This document shows positions 42,093-57,625 of a stretch of 64,000 bases of DNA, piece by piece. How positions within the stretch are numbered: the stretch's first letter is position 1; each line of letters starts with the position of its first letter. The stretch comes from Eledone cirrhosa (Eukaryota), in NCBI GenBank assembly GCA_964016885.1, contig OZ024741.1, forward strand, positions 186,806,001-186,870,000, read 5' to 3'. Under the pieces are notes generated by a model. It saw nothing but the letters and a program-made list of their open reading frames with translations. It was not told the origin of the DNA and did not search any database. The position numbers were made by a program, and so were the translations under genes.

Positions 42093-45000
42093 GGATAGCA
42101 GCCAAACCGTGATCAGGTTATGGCTATGAAACCAGATCAGTTTGATTCCTGTGGGTGCTGCGTACGATCATTGCTCTTTAGGTCTGCAAGAAACTTAGTG
42201 TTTTACACCGAGTTGACAGGTGTGCCATGTGCTCCATGTAACATTATTGGCATCTTGAGTGTCATTATTTTTTTTGATGCGCCTTTTCTGGTCGCCAGCA
42301 GACCTGCATTCTTTACCACATGTTCTGAATATGCATCTTGTATTTCCGTCATGGCAGGAGTTCTAAATTCATGGCTACGAACATGACTTTTCTCACCAGA
42401 GCTTCCGGGGTAAACTAAATATTCTACTACACCAAGGCACTTCCGATACACAAAGATATTAAGTTTTGGGTATTGGTTTCCAGGCGGAGATTGCAGCATC
42501 ACCACAGTTTTCTTGAGATTTATTGTCAACCCCAAGGCATTGAAAAGCATCCATTAGGTGTTGCATATCCTCTTTTCTGTGAGCTACAAGCTCACATTCG
42601 TCGGCATAGAGAGATTCCCTCACCAATGTAACAAATACATTTGTGTTCGTCTTAAAACGTCTGTTCGATAGCGGACACAAACATCATATTTACAGACATC
42701 GACAACCAGTGTAGCAACAAGAATATATCCTTGCTTCACTCCATTCCTAACGTTTATTGGTTCAGAGGGCTTTCAACCCACATTTACGTGATCAACCATA
42801 TCGTCATGAAATCCTTTCAAAATACTCAGACATTTTTCAGGGCATCCGAGCTTCTCCACAGTTCTCCCCAAATCCCCTATGTTCACCGTGTCAAAAGCAT
42901 TGGCGAGGTCAACAAAGACTTGGTACAAATCCATACCTTATTCTAAGCGCGTTTGCAATTGATTGGCAAAAAAGATCATGTCAGCCGTACCACGTTACTC
43001 ACAAAAACTAGATTGGGATTCCAGAAGAGCCTCTATGGCAATGTGAGTAAGCAACTGATCCAACAAAATCCTGCACAAAACCTTCCCTACCACAGTGACC
43101 AAAGATATGCCTTGATAGTTGCTACAATCGTCTTTATTACTCTTATGTGACAAGTAGTTATATGTGACAAGCATCAGTTATATGTGACAAGCATCAGAGC
43201 ATCACGCCAATGAAGCGGAACAACTATGCTAGCATGGACTTGTTTCCGTAGGTTCTCACCTCCATATTGCAGGAGTTCTCCGTTAATTCTGTCAATTCCG
43301 AGATATGTGCCACCATTTAGTTTAGTCACTGCTGCATCCACTTCCTCAAATGAAGTAGCATTGGCCAAGGCATGTTTCACAGGGTTGTCAGGAACGCTGT
43401 TTGTAGAATCCTCATCATATTTCGAAGGCAGATTTTAAGAAGATCATCAAAATATTGTTGTCACCTTCTTAGAATACCCGGTTGATCTCGAGTGAACCCA
43501 TTTCTGTCTTTGTTGCGAAGAGGTGTATTCAGAGACGAAGCTGGACCGTAAACCTCACGCAGGAGATTGTGCATTTGCTGTGTTATGGGAGTCTGATGCA
43601 GCCTGAACCTCATCAGCCTGCTTATTCCACCATGCATCTGATGAAGCATCTTTTACACAGCTTAATTACTTTAAAGTTGCTTGCCAGTCTTTTCATTTCC
43701 ACAGCATTATGTCCGTCATTACGAAGGTTCAACAAAACTTTTCTCTTCTTCTGCAAGATTCTCTCTATCTCCTTATCATGTTCATTGAACCAGTCCTGAT
43801 GACTTTTCTTTACATAGCCGAGAATCTCAGCACCAACACTGTAAACTGCCGCTATAAAAGACGGACAGTTTTTCTCACACTCAAGATAGTTAGTGGTACT
43901 CTTCTTGAACATAGGTAGTTACGATTAACTCCATCTCTTCGCACATTTGTAACAGTAGTAGTCCGTTGCTATTGCAATGGCCAACAACATGTTGGCCAAT
44001 CTCACTTCATGTTTCGTGGTCTTTACCCAGCTTAGCATTAAGGTCACCAAGGAAAACAATCTTATCTGCCATGGGAATACTACGTACTACAGCTTTTAAA
44101 ACTTAATAGAGAGATAATTTCTTTTCTTCAGAGGCAGACATTGTCGGAGCGTGTACACCAAGTAAAGCAAAATAACTACCTTTTTGCAGTGGAATTCTCA
44201 TGGTCATCAAACGCTCATTTATGGGAATTCCTCATGCCAGTACATAAGTTCTGATTTCAGTGCAAATGCCACTCAACCCTCTCTTCTTATAGCCGCAGCA
44301 ACAATATCTTGGCTAGAAGAGCTGATCTTCTCTCAGATGGTTCCGAAGACGTAGTGTTAAGCAGTGTCCTCACATTCCAACAACTAATATTTAAAAATAT
44401 CAAAGGTTTCAATGGTTTCAATGGTTTCACCGCAGTATTGGGATGACAACCGGACCTGGGCTGCGATGTGCCAGGACCCTTCCACCAGAACTTTTCTCTG
44501 GGCCCTTATTGCCATTTACTTTTTACTTTAAGAGTTTTTGAGTCTATAGTCAGCCATTCAGACCATTCAAAAATGCCAAGATCTCGATTGATGCATTTTC
44601 ATGAAGCTCTTATAGAGAGAAAAGGTCTTGTACTGAATAAATTACATTCACTGGTCAACAATATCTATAATACGAAAAGAAGAGCTGATCAAAATTATCG
44701 GTTACTATTGAGCTGCGGGTATTCATAGGAGTTTTCCTCTCCAAGAGAGATAACCTAAAGTGGAGTCAGGTGTTTTTCAATCACAGTGGACTTACTGCGC
44801 ACTCAGACACTGACCTGAGTATTTCAACGTTCCTGTGCATAATATATGTATGTGTGTATATATTTATACATACATATATACCTAGTATTGGATGGCCATT
44901 GACTATCATGAGTTTCCTCGCCCTTTGGTGGGTTCTGTTTTTCATCCTGTAGCGTGTCCAATGTCACACGCCTATCCAAGCCTGCTTGGTTAGGTGTATC
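42093..45000 (-). mobile_element. Old, deleted RTE LINE (5'UTR, APE, RT, Zn-finger remnants)
   Basis: NISCWNVRTLL, HQDWFNEHD, GIDRINGELLQYGG, LYADECELVAH, GLTINLKKTVVM motifs; 44885-45000 matches the RTE-derivative 5' region. Confidence 0.88.
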
Positions 45001-45009
45001 TAATATTAT

Positions 45010-45072
<63 letters not shown>

Positions 45073-46077
45073 CAGTAGCAGTAGTAGCAGCAGCAGCAGC
45101 ATCAGCAACAGTATCGCTCTGAATCTCTCTCTCGCTCACTCTATCTCTATCCCCACCACCCTCTCCCTCTCTTTCTCTTGGTTGTCCTGCATTCACCACA
45201 TACATATTAAAGTGAATTTTATCGTTGTTGTCTTATTGACTGATAAAAAATACAATGGGCTCAAAACTTGCAAAAGCATCAGAATTATATATTATACATA
45301 CTGTGTTAACTGGGATTTGAAATTACCTCCCTTACATCTTTTTTTTTTTTTGTCCAGGCATATTGTTGATAGGAAACATTCGATGAAAAATCTGCTTTGA
45401 ATCATGCTGAACTCGATACCGTTCGATTTGAAGAATATTTGATTGATACTTTTAGTCTCTATATAGAGAATCCACTAATCAGTCGTCAAAAATATCCCTC
45501 TTTAAATCAGTACTAATAGTACATCTTCAAAGTAACCTATAAGAAAGTTTCTAACCTGCTAGAAATAGTAGCTAAATATCCCCCATTTTACACAGAAGTA
45601 TAGATGTGTTTGCCTTAATATTGTGCGTAGCTTATTTGCCGTTTATTAGAAGACAGGCAACCTTAGGCTTCTGACTAGAAAACACTGTATAGGAAATCGT
45701 TAGAATCACGGATTGGCTCATTGAAAACCTATTAAAAAAACGACGCTATTGTACAAATTTTGCGGCACATATTTCTATTAATCCAACAGATACTTCGACA
45801 TTTATTTTGCAATCATTTCTTTAAGTAAACAAAACACTCTTCTTGTTCATAGTATTTCTGTTGATTCAACTGTAATGAAATAAATACGACACGTGCTGAG
45901 AACAACAGTTGGCCAAAGAGAAAGAAGTCATTCACAAGTATACCATCATCTGATAAACAGACCATTCTGTTGTTGTCTGGAATACGACAAAAGAGTTTTG
46001 TTGCTTTATGGGGTGAAACGGACAATGTCACCGTCTGCTGGGAACGGTACCGTGAATACATAAGGCATATATATATA

Positions 46078-46167
<90 letters not shown>

Positions 46168-46207
46168 AGTGTGAGTGTGTGTGTGTGTTTGTGTGTGTAC
46201 ATAAAAT

Positions 46208-46375
46208 AATAATTGTTTCTACTTTTGGCACAAGGCCAGCAATTACCCAGTGCATTTCTGGTACTTTATTTTATCGACCCCGTAAGGATGAAAGGCAAAG
46301 TTAACCTTGGCGGGATTTGAACTCAGAATGGCAAGGGCCGTAAGTCTATGCGTCAAAGCATGGCATCCGACCCTG
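46208..46375 (-). mobile_element. S1 SINE
   Basis: Reverse complement of the S1 consensus. Confidence 0.8.
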
Positions 46376-46723
46376 GTTTCATTTATTAGCCACTAAAGTC
46401 AACTGCGTACATCACTATTCATATATGCAAAATATGAAGTTATAAGTTAGAAAGACGTGTCGGGTGGGTGAAATAAATCATACAAATAACGGAAGGACTG
46501 AAAGATGCCATAAATATATATGTGTGTATATATATATATATATATAGGAACGAGTAGGACCCCGACGGCTGAGCTCAAGCCGTTTCGACGGCTAATTCTG
46601 GACTAATTGCGTCCAGAATTAGCCGTCGGGGTCCTACTCGTTCCTATTACCCACTCTACTACCCTAAGTATTGAGTACTTTGGTACGTTATGGTCCACCT
46701 GGTTCCTTACCACATTTCCTTCG

Positions 46724-46779
<56 letters not shown>

Positions 46780-47536
46780 GTATATATATATACTGTAAGG
46801 AGATACGAACACAGATATATCTATATGTGTTCAAACCACAAGGGATAGAGACCGCGAGAGTAAAATAGTATGGCTCACAGAACCCAGTCAAAAGGATAAC
46901 TTGAGAAAAACGAACCTACCATGATAACTATTATGTACCCAGTCACTTTATGGGTGGAACTGTTTCGCAATATTCAGCGAAGAGAATTATTGGGGTGGTG
47001 CTTCTCAACGGGTACCCACATCAATATTCACTTCACTACTATATCTGGTAGAATACTAAGTAACACGTGTGTGTTTAAAGAGAGAGCACATGGAAATAAA
47101 GAAAAATAAAGAAAAATAGCAGCCAGGACCATTCGACATATATGAAAACTCGACAAAAGCTATGGAGTAGATTTATCAAAACTATATATTGAGTTAAAAA
47201 CACACAAAGTTTATAAGGCTCGGAAAATGTTTTCTCTTTGAGCTATTTTAATTATAGGGGGCTTTTGTGAGTTTTTAACTCAATATATACTTTTGATATA
47301 TATATATATATATATATATATATTGCTATTTTGCTGAACTCCTTACATTTTGTAGAGTTTTTTCGGAATGTTTTTGACTGCTGTTTCTTGTAAATAGACA
47401 TTCGTCTCATTCTGACGTCACCAGCCATGTCTCTCCATGTGTGTTTATTTTCATAATTACGCACGAGGTGAACTAGCCAGCTTTTAAATTCCCTTTTTGG
47501 CATATTCTAGCAGTAGCCTTAGGGTTATCGTGTTTG

Positions 47537-47620
47537 AGCTCTACTGATGAACGACTACAAACCGTGACCATCCCCACTGAAAAGGTTCGTGAAATAGTCT
47601 TTTTAAGACTATGTAGAGCT
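47537..47620 (+). ncRNA. Type-I hammerhead with three full stems, non-canonical AUG site
   Basis: AGCTCTA-CTGATGA-ACGA..TCGT-GAA-ATAGTCTT ttt AAGACTAT-G-TAGAGCT. Confidence 0.8.
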
Positions 47621-47931
47621 TTTGTAGTTTTTCCAAATTGAAGGATGAGTATTTAAACTTTATTTTATTCTGAGTTAAGACTCTATTGGTTTCTCCCTGG
47701 ATTTCACAAAATCTGTGGATAAATCTGTCTTGATTTTTTTAAAATTGAGTTTGAATTATTTTCCCACATCTTACGTTAATTATTTTTCCATTTTGACGTT
47801 ATAGTCACTTATATATTATGAAATACTGTTGGCTTCATGCTCACAATAATTTATATATATATAAATGTATATATATATATATAGAGAGAGAGAGAGATTA
47901 CAATAATCAAAGTTCAGTTTAAATCATTTAT

Positions 47932-47980
47932 TTGCTTACAATTGTTTCCTCCAAACCGAGGTTTGGTTTTTTCGGAGCAA
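47932..47980 (-). ncRNA. Degenerate hammerhead ribozyme
   Basis: Minus: TTGCT-ccgaaaa-aa-CCAAACC tc GGTTTGG-ag-GAA-ACAATTGT-A-AGCAA; the CUGANGA box is mutated. Confidence 0.6.
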
Positions 47981-48251
47981 CTATTTAGTGATCTATAACA
48001 TACTTGACCTCCTTTTCAACACAAGAGACATATAAAACATATGCACATATTGATCCACAGTATATCATTTTGATTATTGTAATCTCTATATAACTGCTCT
48101 GTAAAACAAACGATGTTATTACATTGAGCTATTTATCTTACTGGTAATAAGATAGTAATTAATGACTATCTTTCACTATTTAAGGTTTGTATAAAAAATA
48201 TATTACCATAAAAGGTTTTATTACATACATAACCATAAGTATTATCCTTAA

Positions 48252-48431
<180 letters not shown>

Positions 48432-48662
48432 GTTTCTGAATTTGTTTAGCAAGATTCTTTATCTGAAATCGTGTGTTGAAACCGATATTGTTATACTTTG
48501 GGAGGGTCATGTTGCCAATAAGAAACACACGCACCAGTTGCTTTCACTTCAATTTATTATATATTTATAAATTTATAAATTTATAAATTTACAAATTTAC
48601 AAACCTATAAGTTTCTGGTTGGTTGGTTGGTTGGTTCCACAACCAGATAGTTGTTTATATAT

Positions 48663-48707
48663 AGTCATAGTCCTTTCGTCACACACTCTGTGACCTCTTC
48701 AGTGACT
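48663..48707 (-). ncRNA. pLTR hammerhead ribozyme of the PLE
   Basis: Minus: AGTCA-CTGAAGA-g-GTCACA gagtg TGTGAC-GAA-AGGACT-A-TGACT; partial mirror copy at 50884-50923. Confidence 0.82.
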
Positions 48708-49008
48708 GGGGATTCCTTTCTTTGTTTCTGTGCCTTTCCTTTCTTCTATCCTACGCCATTTTGTTTCTGTGTGTGTGTTGTGTGCTCAGTTTGCGCATGC
48801 GCCACATCCGGGTGTCTGTGTGTGTTTGTGTTCATTTATCTATTTGTTTATTTATTTATTTATTTATTGTTGGTTGGTTGTTTGTTCTATGTGTGTGTGT
48901 GTTTTCATTTTGTCCTGTGTGTGTTTTCATTTTGTCCTTAATTGTAAGTTGTTTGTTCTATGTGTGTGTGTGTTTTCATTTTGTCCTGTGTGTGTTTTCA
49001 TTTTGTCC

Positions 49009-50883
49009 TTAATTGTAAGTTGTGATGTTGCTGTTCCACTCATATTTTCTATTTAATTTTGGTTGTAATTCTTTTATGCTTACTGCCTCTGTAATTTGCC
49101 TAAACATTGCATCTTTTCTGTGTGTGGATTCTATTTTTATTTCTATGTTCTCTAATCTACCCCTGTGTTCTATCTTAGCATGTTGGTAGAGCACAGATGA
49201 TTCTTTATTATCTTGGAGGTCTCGCCAGTGTTCATTTATTCATTCCCCTATACTACGAGCTGTCTCACCTATGCACACTATATTTTTGTTTCTACATTGT
49301 CCTTCAGTACATCTTATGCTATACACTACATTTCTAGTTTTTCAGTTAATATGGGGGCTTAGTTTACAGGTTATACATTTCTTATCTATACATGAGGGTT
49401 TTGGGAACGGGTATGTCTTGCTAATAAGTGTTTTTACGGAGGTACCTGGTCTTTCTACTATCTTAATATTGAGTTTATGTTTATTTAGGGCCCTTCTAAA
49501 TTTGTAGGCTAGTTCGCCTCTAGGGGTTGTATTGATGAACATTACACTCTGGTATTTATTGCTATCATACCATGAGTTTATTCTATTGGCCTTGTTCCTA
49601 GTTCTTTCTATTCTATTCCAAAATTTGCTCCTATACAAGGGGCAGTTCTCCTCTAGGGGTTGTATTGATGAACATTACACTCTGGTATTTATTGCTATCA
49701 TACCATGAGTTTATTCTATTGGCCTTGTTCCTAGTTCTTTCTATTCTATTCCAAAATTTGCTCCTATACAAGGGGCAGGTCCCATTTATGTCATTATTTA
49801 CCATTTTTTCCCATTTGGTTCTGGCTCCTTTATACACTCTGATTCTATCTCTCTGATTGTAGCCAGAGAACTGCATACGGTGGATGAAGTGTTGTATGTG
49901 TCTCTCTAGTTCTTCGGGGTTGCACATGCGGGACACATTTCTCATCACCCGTACCAAATCCTCAATCAGTATGTTGATTTTGGTATGGTCCGAAATGGCC
50001 GAGTTTCGGTGGATCAGATATTTGGAAGTCATGGGTTTGGCATAATGGGAATGGAGGATTTGTTTTTGGTTGTTAATGGTATCTAACCAGAGCTCTGTGT
50101 CTAGTACAGGTAATCGATGGTTGGGGTGTCTACTTGGGTAGTCTATAGTAACTCTAATGCTCTGGTGGATGGAGTTTGCTATTTGCTGGATGCTTTCCAT
50201 TGTATTTTTCTCTAGTTCCTGGCTGTTCTTTAGTGGGGGTGTCTTAACTACGATGTTTATATCATCTACGTAGCGGGAGTACATTATCAGGGTTAAGCTG
50301 TCTTCTAATTGTTCTTTAAGTTTTTGTTTAAGTCTACTGTCCCACCATACCATGAATAAGTTAGCTATGTCGCCTGCAATGCTAACACCAATGGCTGCTC
50401 CTTCCTCTTGGGCATATGTTTTACCATTAAATTTGAACATATGTTCCTTAAGGGTTAATTTTATGCTGGCCCCTACCGCATGTGCAATCATTTTCTTCAG
50501 TTCATCGTGGTTTTCGGGTGTCCGTATGGCTCTGGTCCACCCGTTCCATCTATCTGTGTGGGTTTTCTTGGCCATTGAGGTCATGGTAGGTGGTCTGCCT
50601 CTTGCTGGTCTTGTAGGGCACAGGTTGCTAAGGTCATAAGTGTCTAGGTAACTATTACTATGGGTAAGCTTAAGTAGAAGTCCCAGCTCACTGGTATCAA
50701 TCCCACGGAACTCAACCATGCTCTCGCTGATCATTTCTACGCATTTCTCCACAGCAAAATCCACGTCAATAGATGGATACAGGGACACAACATCCATACT
50801 GCCTATTATGCAGTTTGTTAGGTCCCCAGATCGGTTACCCGCGCCGATTCTGCTGAGGAGGTCCTCCGTGCTGTGACAAACAT
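49009..50883 (-). pseudogene. Penelope-like reverse transcriptase + GIY-YIG endonuclease, disrupted
   Basis: SMDVVSLYPSI, QEEGAAIG, SRYVDD, LPVLD, CxxxxCxxC linker, NVVYSIRC..C..VCIGETAR..EH, RQITEAV.I...QPKLN; broken by a 133-bp tandem duplication (~49520-49780) and two TGA codons. Confidence 0.92.
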
Positions 50884-51081
50884 CTGAAGAGGTCACAGAG
50901 TGTGTGACGAAAGGACTATGACTATATATAAACAACTATCTGGTTGTGGAACCAACCAACCAACCAGAAATGTATAGGTTTGTAAATTTGTAAATTTATA
51001 AATTTATAAATATATAATAAATTGAAGTGAAAGCAACTGGTGCGTGTGTTTCTTATTGGCAACATGACCCTCCCAAAGTAT

Positions 51082-51119
<38 letters not shown>

Positions 51120-51512
51120 TATTGAGTTAAAAACTCACAAAAGCCTCCTATAATTAAAATAGCTCAAGGAGAAAACATTTTCCGAGCCTTATAAACTTTG
51201 TGTGTTTTTAACTCAATATATATTTTTGATAAATTTACTCCATAGCTTTTGTTGAGTTTTCATATATGTCGAATGGTCCTGGCTGCTATTTTTCTAGTAA
51301 CCTTACGTTCTATTCGTTCCGCCCGGCACTTTATTTCCATGTGCTCTCTCTTTTAAAACATACGTGTTATATATATATACACACACATATATATATATAT
51401 ATATCTTTCTTTCTAACTGACCTTAACATTTTCACTACCAAATCAACTTTTTAAATGGAAGTTGTAATGTTTAAGGTATGTCAAATTTATTTATAAAACG
51501 GTTTATATATTG

Positions 51513-51578
51513 TATTTTGTCTGAGGAAGGCATACCATATTTTTAATATGATATCCCTGAAATATATATAATGAAATA
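51513..51578 (+). ncRNA. Type-I hammerhead ribozyme, family A-related
   Basis: tattttgt-CTGAGGA-AGG..CATAT tttta ATATG..CCT-GAAA-tatataTA-atgaaata. Confidence 0.72.
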
Positions 51579-51722
51579 AATATGGTTTTATAAATATAGT
51601 TTCCATTTGTTTAATATCGTAAACCTACTCCAAAACTTGAGAGCTTTTATATCAGTTATAAAATATTTACTCGTTGTAACCCAACAATTTTAAATAAAAC
51701 TTTTGCATGTATATATATATAT

Positions 51723-54700
51723 AAAGGATAAAAAGGACGATTGATTATTCCTTCATTGCATTTATTGATAGGTGACGCGCGTTTCGCCACTGATCAGCTC
51801 AAGGTTCGATCTATATTGATCCTACCCGAGTCATAATCGGCAGCTCGACGGACCCTCTTAAAATGCTATAAGAAAATGAAATACATGCTATGTGGTAAAG
51901 TCAGAGTTTCAAGAGTTTGACAAAATGAGTTGTTTTGATTGGTGGGAAGGACCAAGGCGATGTACTGGCCTGTAGTGTATATGGGGGTGGGTGTGATGGT
52001 GAGATGTTGGTGACGGTCGGTGGATGAGGTGGGCTGTGGTGTGGTGGTGGTGGGTTGGCCTTGGCGTGTAGAGTGTGTGGGGGTGGATGTGATGATATGG
52101 TGGTGGTTATGGTTATTTAGTGGGCTGAGCTGTGGTATGAGGTTAGCGGATTGTCAGTAGACGGGTTGGCGTGTGGGTGGGTGTGTGGAAGTGGTGCCGT
52201 TGTCTATGGTAGCGGCATTTGTGGTTGTGTGGTGGATGTATTCGTGGTGTCAGGTCCCTACATAGATACATAGCTAGACGCTCTTCGTCTGACAGATACT
52301 TTGTATATACGTATACGCACACACATATATGTATATATGTGCACATATATTGTTGTATAAACACACATAACACAAAACACATACGCACATCCCTGCCCAC
52401 ACATATCGACACACGCTCATACACAGCCATATGTATAATATGTATATGTACACACATATATGTGCATGCGCGCATGCGGACACGAATATGGAGAGTGGGG
52501 GAGTATCGGTGGGGGTGGCGAACGACAGAGATGGGGGGAAGGTGAGAGGCAATGTAGAAGGTGTTTTACATATATACATACACATACATACACATGGGTA
52601 TGGGCACATGGACTCACACTCAGGTATGCAAAATATACACATACACACTCACACACATACACATACGCATACACGTACATATATATATACAGATATACAC
52701 ATACACACATATAGATATATGCATACACATGTGTTCACATATACACACACACACACATACATATAAGTATGCGTACACGCACGCACACTTAAACGCCCGT
52801 ATGTGTAAAAATACTTACACACAGACACACACACTATTGTTGGTTGATGAGTGGAGGTATGTGTTGTCGGTGTTGATGAAGTATGGAGTTGTGTTCTGTG
52901 GTGGTGGTGGTGGTGGAGTTGTGAGGGACAAAAATATATATACCGGATCGAATACCGGTTAAAAGGTGACATAGGGAACGCGGGGGAGAAGCGTTTATGG
53001 ACGTACGGCGATGTGTGTTGTGGACATGGTGATGGTGATGGTGCTGGGGTGATATGTTCGACAAGATGATTACATGATCAGAGGTTACGGTGTGTTATAG
53101 GGTAGGAAGGCGGGGGGTGGGGGATATATAATACAGTCGATCTGGGAGTGAGGGATGATATGTGTTGATGATGTTAATGATAATGATTGTTGAAGCATGT
53201 GGATGTATCTAGTGGTGGCGGTGGTTGTGTGTGCGTGCGACGGTACAATTACAGGGTCGAATTTAGCGTGGGGTTGTAGGTTAGGGTAGACAGAGGGAAC
53301 ATGGGGGGATGAGGTTGTAGGCGTGTATGGTAGGCATATGACGATGTGTGGTGTGTGTGGTGGTGGCGATGGTGTGATATGATCGATATTGTATTTACAA
53401 GGTCCCTTGTCATTGTGGATTGCAAGGTAGAACGTATCATAGGATACCGATCTAATACGATGTTGCAACGATGAGGTGTGTATGTTGATGTGAATTTTGG
53501 TGGTGGTGATGGTGATGTGTGCGGCATGATATACAAATGCGGGCTTAGAAATGGCTACATGGAGTACAATACAATAAGTTCATTGAGGTGTACACATGTG
53601 TATGCATATATCTATATGTGTGTATGTGTATATCTGTATATATATATGTACGTGTATTCGTATGTGTATGTGTGTGTATATTTGTATGTGTATGTACGTG
53701 TGTGTATGTGTACGTCTACATATATGTATATGGGTCAATCTGACTGTATGTGTAGGTGAGCTCATATATGTGCATGTATGTGTATATGTGCGTGTATGTG
53801 TGTGTTGTCTGTACATGTGTGTGTATATATATATATATATGTGTGTGAGTATACGTGTGTGTGAATGTGTATGTGTATATTTTGCATACCTGAGTGTGAG
53901 TCCATGTGCCCATACCCATGTGTATGTATGTGTATGTATATATGTAAAACACCTTCTACATTGCCTCTCACCTTCCCCCCATCTCTGTCGTTCGCCACCC
54001 CCACCGATACTCCCCCACTCTCCATATTCGTGTCCGCATGCGCGCATGCACATATATGTGTGTACATATACATATTATACATATGGCTGTGTATGAGCGT
54101 GTGTCGATATGTGTGGGCAGGGATGTGCGTATGTGTTTTGTGTTATGTGTGTTTATACAACAATATATGTGCACATATATACATATATGTGTGTGCGTAT
54201 ACGTATATACAAAGTATCTGTCAGACGAAGAGCGTCTAGCTATGTATCTATGTAGGGACCTGACACCACGAATACATCCACCACACCACCACAAACGCCG
54301 CTACCATTGACAACGGCACCACTACCACACACCCACCCACACGCCAACCCGTCTACTGACAAACCACTAACCTCATACCACAGCCCAGCCCACTAAATAA
54401 CCATAACCACCACCATATCATCACATCCACCCCCACATACTCTACACGCCAAGGCCAACCCACCACCACCACACCACAGCCCACCTCATCTACCGACCGT
54501 CATCAACATCTCACCATCACACCCACCCCCATATACACTACGGGCCAGTACATCGCCTTGATCCTTCCCACCAATCAAAACAACTCATTTTGTCAAACTC
54601 TTGAAACTCTGACTTTACCACTTAGCATTTATTTCATTTCTCATAGCATTTTAAGAGGGTCAGTCGAGCTGCCGATTATGAGTCGGGTAGGATCGATATA

Positions 54701-54789
54701 GATCGAACCTTGAGCTGATCAGTGGCGAAACGCGCGTCACCTACCAATAAATGCAATAAAGGAATGATCAATCGTTCTTTTTATCCTTT
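51723..54789. mobile_element. 3-kb fold-back element with ~1-kb inverted arms (probable non-autonomous PLE)
   Basis: 51723-52734 is the reverse complement of 53592-54789 (the right arm has an extra ~170 bp); GAAACGCGCGTC motif near both outer ends; (TA)n at the left end. Confidence 0.75.
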
Positions 54790-54893
54790 CTATATTTTAC
54801 ACTCTGTATAGCTCTACACATCATCACAGAAGTGAACCTAAACATCGAGTGCTCACCCGGGTGAACCTGCAGTAACTCCTAGTTACCCCTACT

Positions 54894-54943
<50 letters not shown>

Positions 54944-55149
54944 CAAAGGAAATGTGGTAAGGAACCATGTGGACCATAACGCACCAAAGTACTCAATACT
55001 TAGGGTAGTAGAGTGGGTAATAGGAACGAGTAGGACCCCGACGGCTGAGCTCAAGCCGTTTCGACGGCCTAATTCTGGACTCTTAGAATTAGCCGTCCAG
55101 AATTAGCCGTCGAAACGGCTTGAGCTCAGCCGTCGGGGTCCTACTCGTT

Positions 55150-56590
<1,441 letters not shown>

Positions 56591-56996
56591 CATCAGGAAA
56601 GCCTTGATGATTTCCTCCGAATGAAAGAAGCCATTTCTATATTAAATTTTTATACTCTATTGAGTATAAATATTGAGTACCTTACTTAATGTGGTTACCC
56701 CCGATTGAACCCGGGGAAAAACATATATATATATGTGTGTGCGTGTGTGTGTTATAAATATTTATGAAAACATTAATAATGACAAAATACAGACAACCAC
56801 AATAATTATTACAACATCAAATAAGTCCTTACACTCTTTCAGTTAAGCTCGGAGTGCCCCACGACTCCTTTTTGTCTATTAATCTTCCTATCCAAGGTTT
56901 AATATTTATTCCATTTGGACCTAATAGTTTTATCTTTAACGAAACATGTTAAACTATAAGCAATCATATATTTCTTGACTAATATTATTATTCTAT

Positions 56997-57625
56997 TGGA
57001 TTGGCAGTATCGGTAGAGGGTCGGACGCCATGCTTTCCAGCATAGTTACGTCCCTTTACGATCTGAGTTCAAATCCCGCCGAGGTTGACTTTACCTTTCA
57101 TCCTTACGGGGTCGATAAAATAAAGTACCAGTAATGCACTGGGTAATTGCTGGCCTTGTGCTAAAAGTAGAAACAATTATTCTATATATATATTTTTTAC
57201 ATTTGACACTATAAACTTAATTGAATCAAAATACATCTATGTCCATAAGAATATATTTTTGGCACCCTCATGTCATATAATACTGCCTATTAGTTATCTA
57301 TATTAATGCTCAGCTATATTAATTTACTCATGAAAATGAAAATTAAAGTTGTTTATGTATTATTTTTTCTTTATATATAATATCATGTATATATTAAGTA
57401 CATACGGGCGGTGGATTGGCATAATCGGTAGAGTGTAGGGTAATATTCTTTGCGGCGTAGAGTTACCGTCCTTTATGCTCTGAGTTCAAATCCCGCCGAG
57501 GTTAGTTTTTGCCTTTCATTCTTACGGGGTCGATAAAATAAAGTCCGAGTAACGCACTAGGTTCAATTTGATCGACTTTCCCTTCCCCAAAATTGTTGGT
57601 CTTGTGCCTACGTCAGAAACCATTA
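56997..57625 (+). mobile_element. Two S1 SINE copies (56997-57181, 57406-57625)
   Basis: B-box GAGTTCAAATCCC and Meta-like core. Confidence 0.8.

Noticed and set aside
37838-42129. Long ORFs of 440-490 aa (IHTY/YIYI/MYVC repeats)
   Set aside because: Translations of (TACA)n/(TA)n microsatellites, not genes; the same applies to most of the ORF track.
50884-50935. Apparent N-terminus MFIYSHSPFVTHSVTSS of the RT ORF
   Set aside because: It is read-through from the inverted pLTR (the same peptide appears at 48651+); the true 5' part of the ORF is missing.
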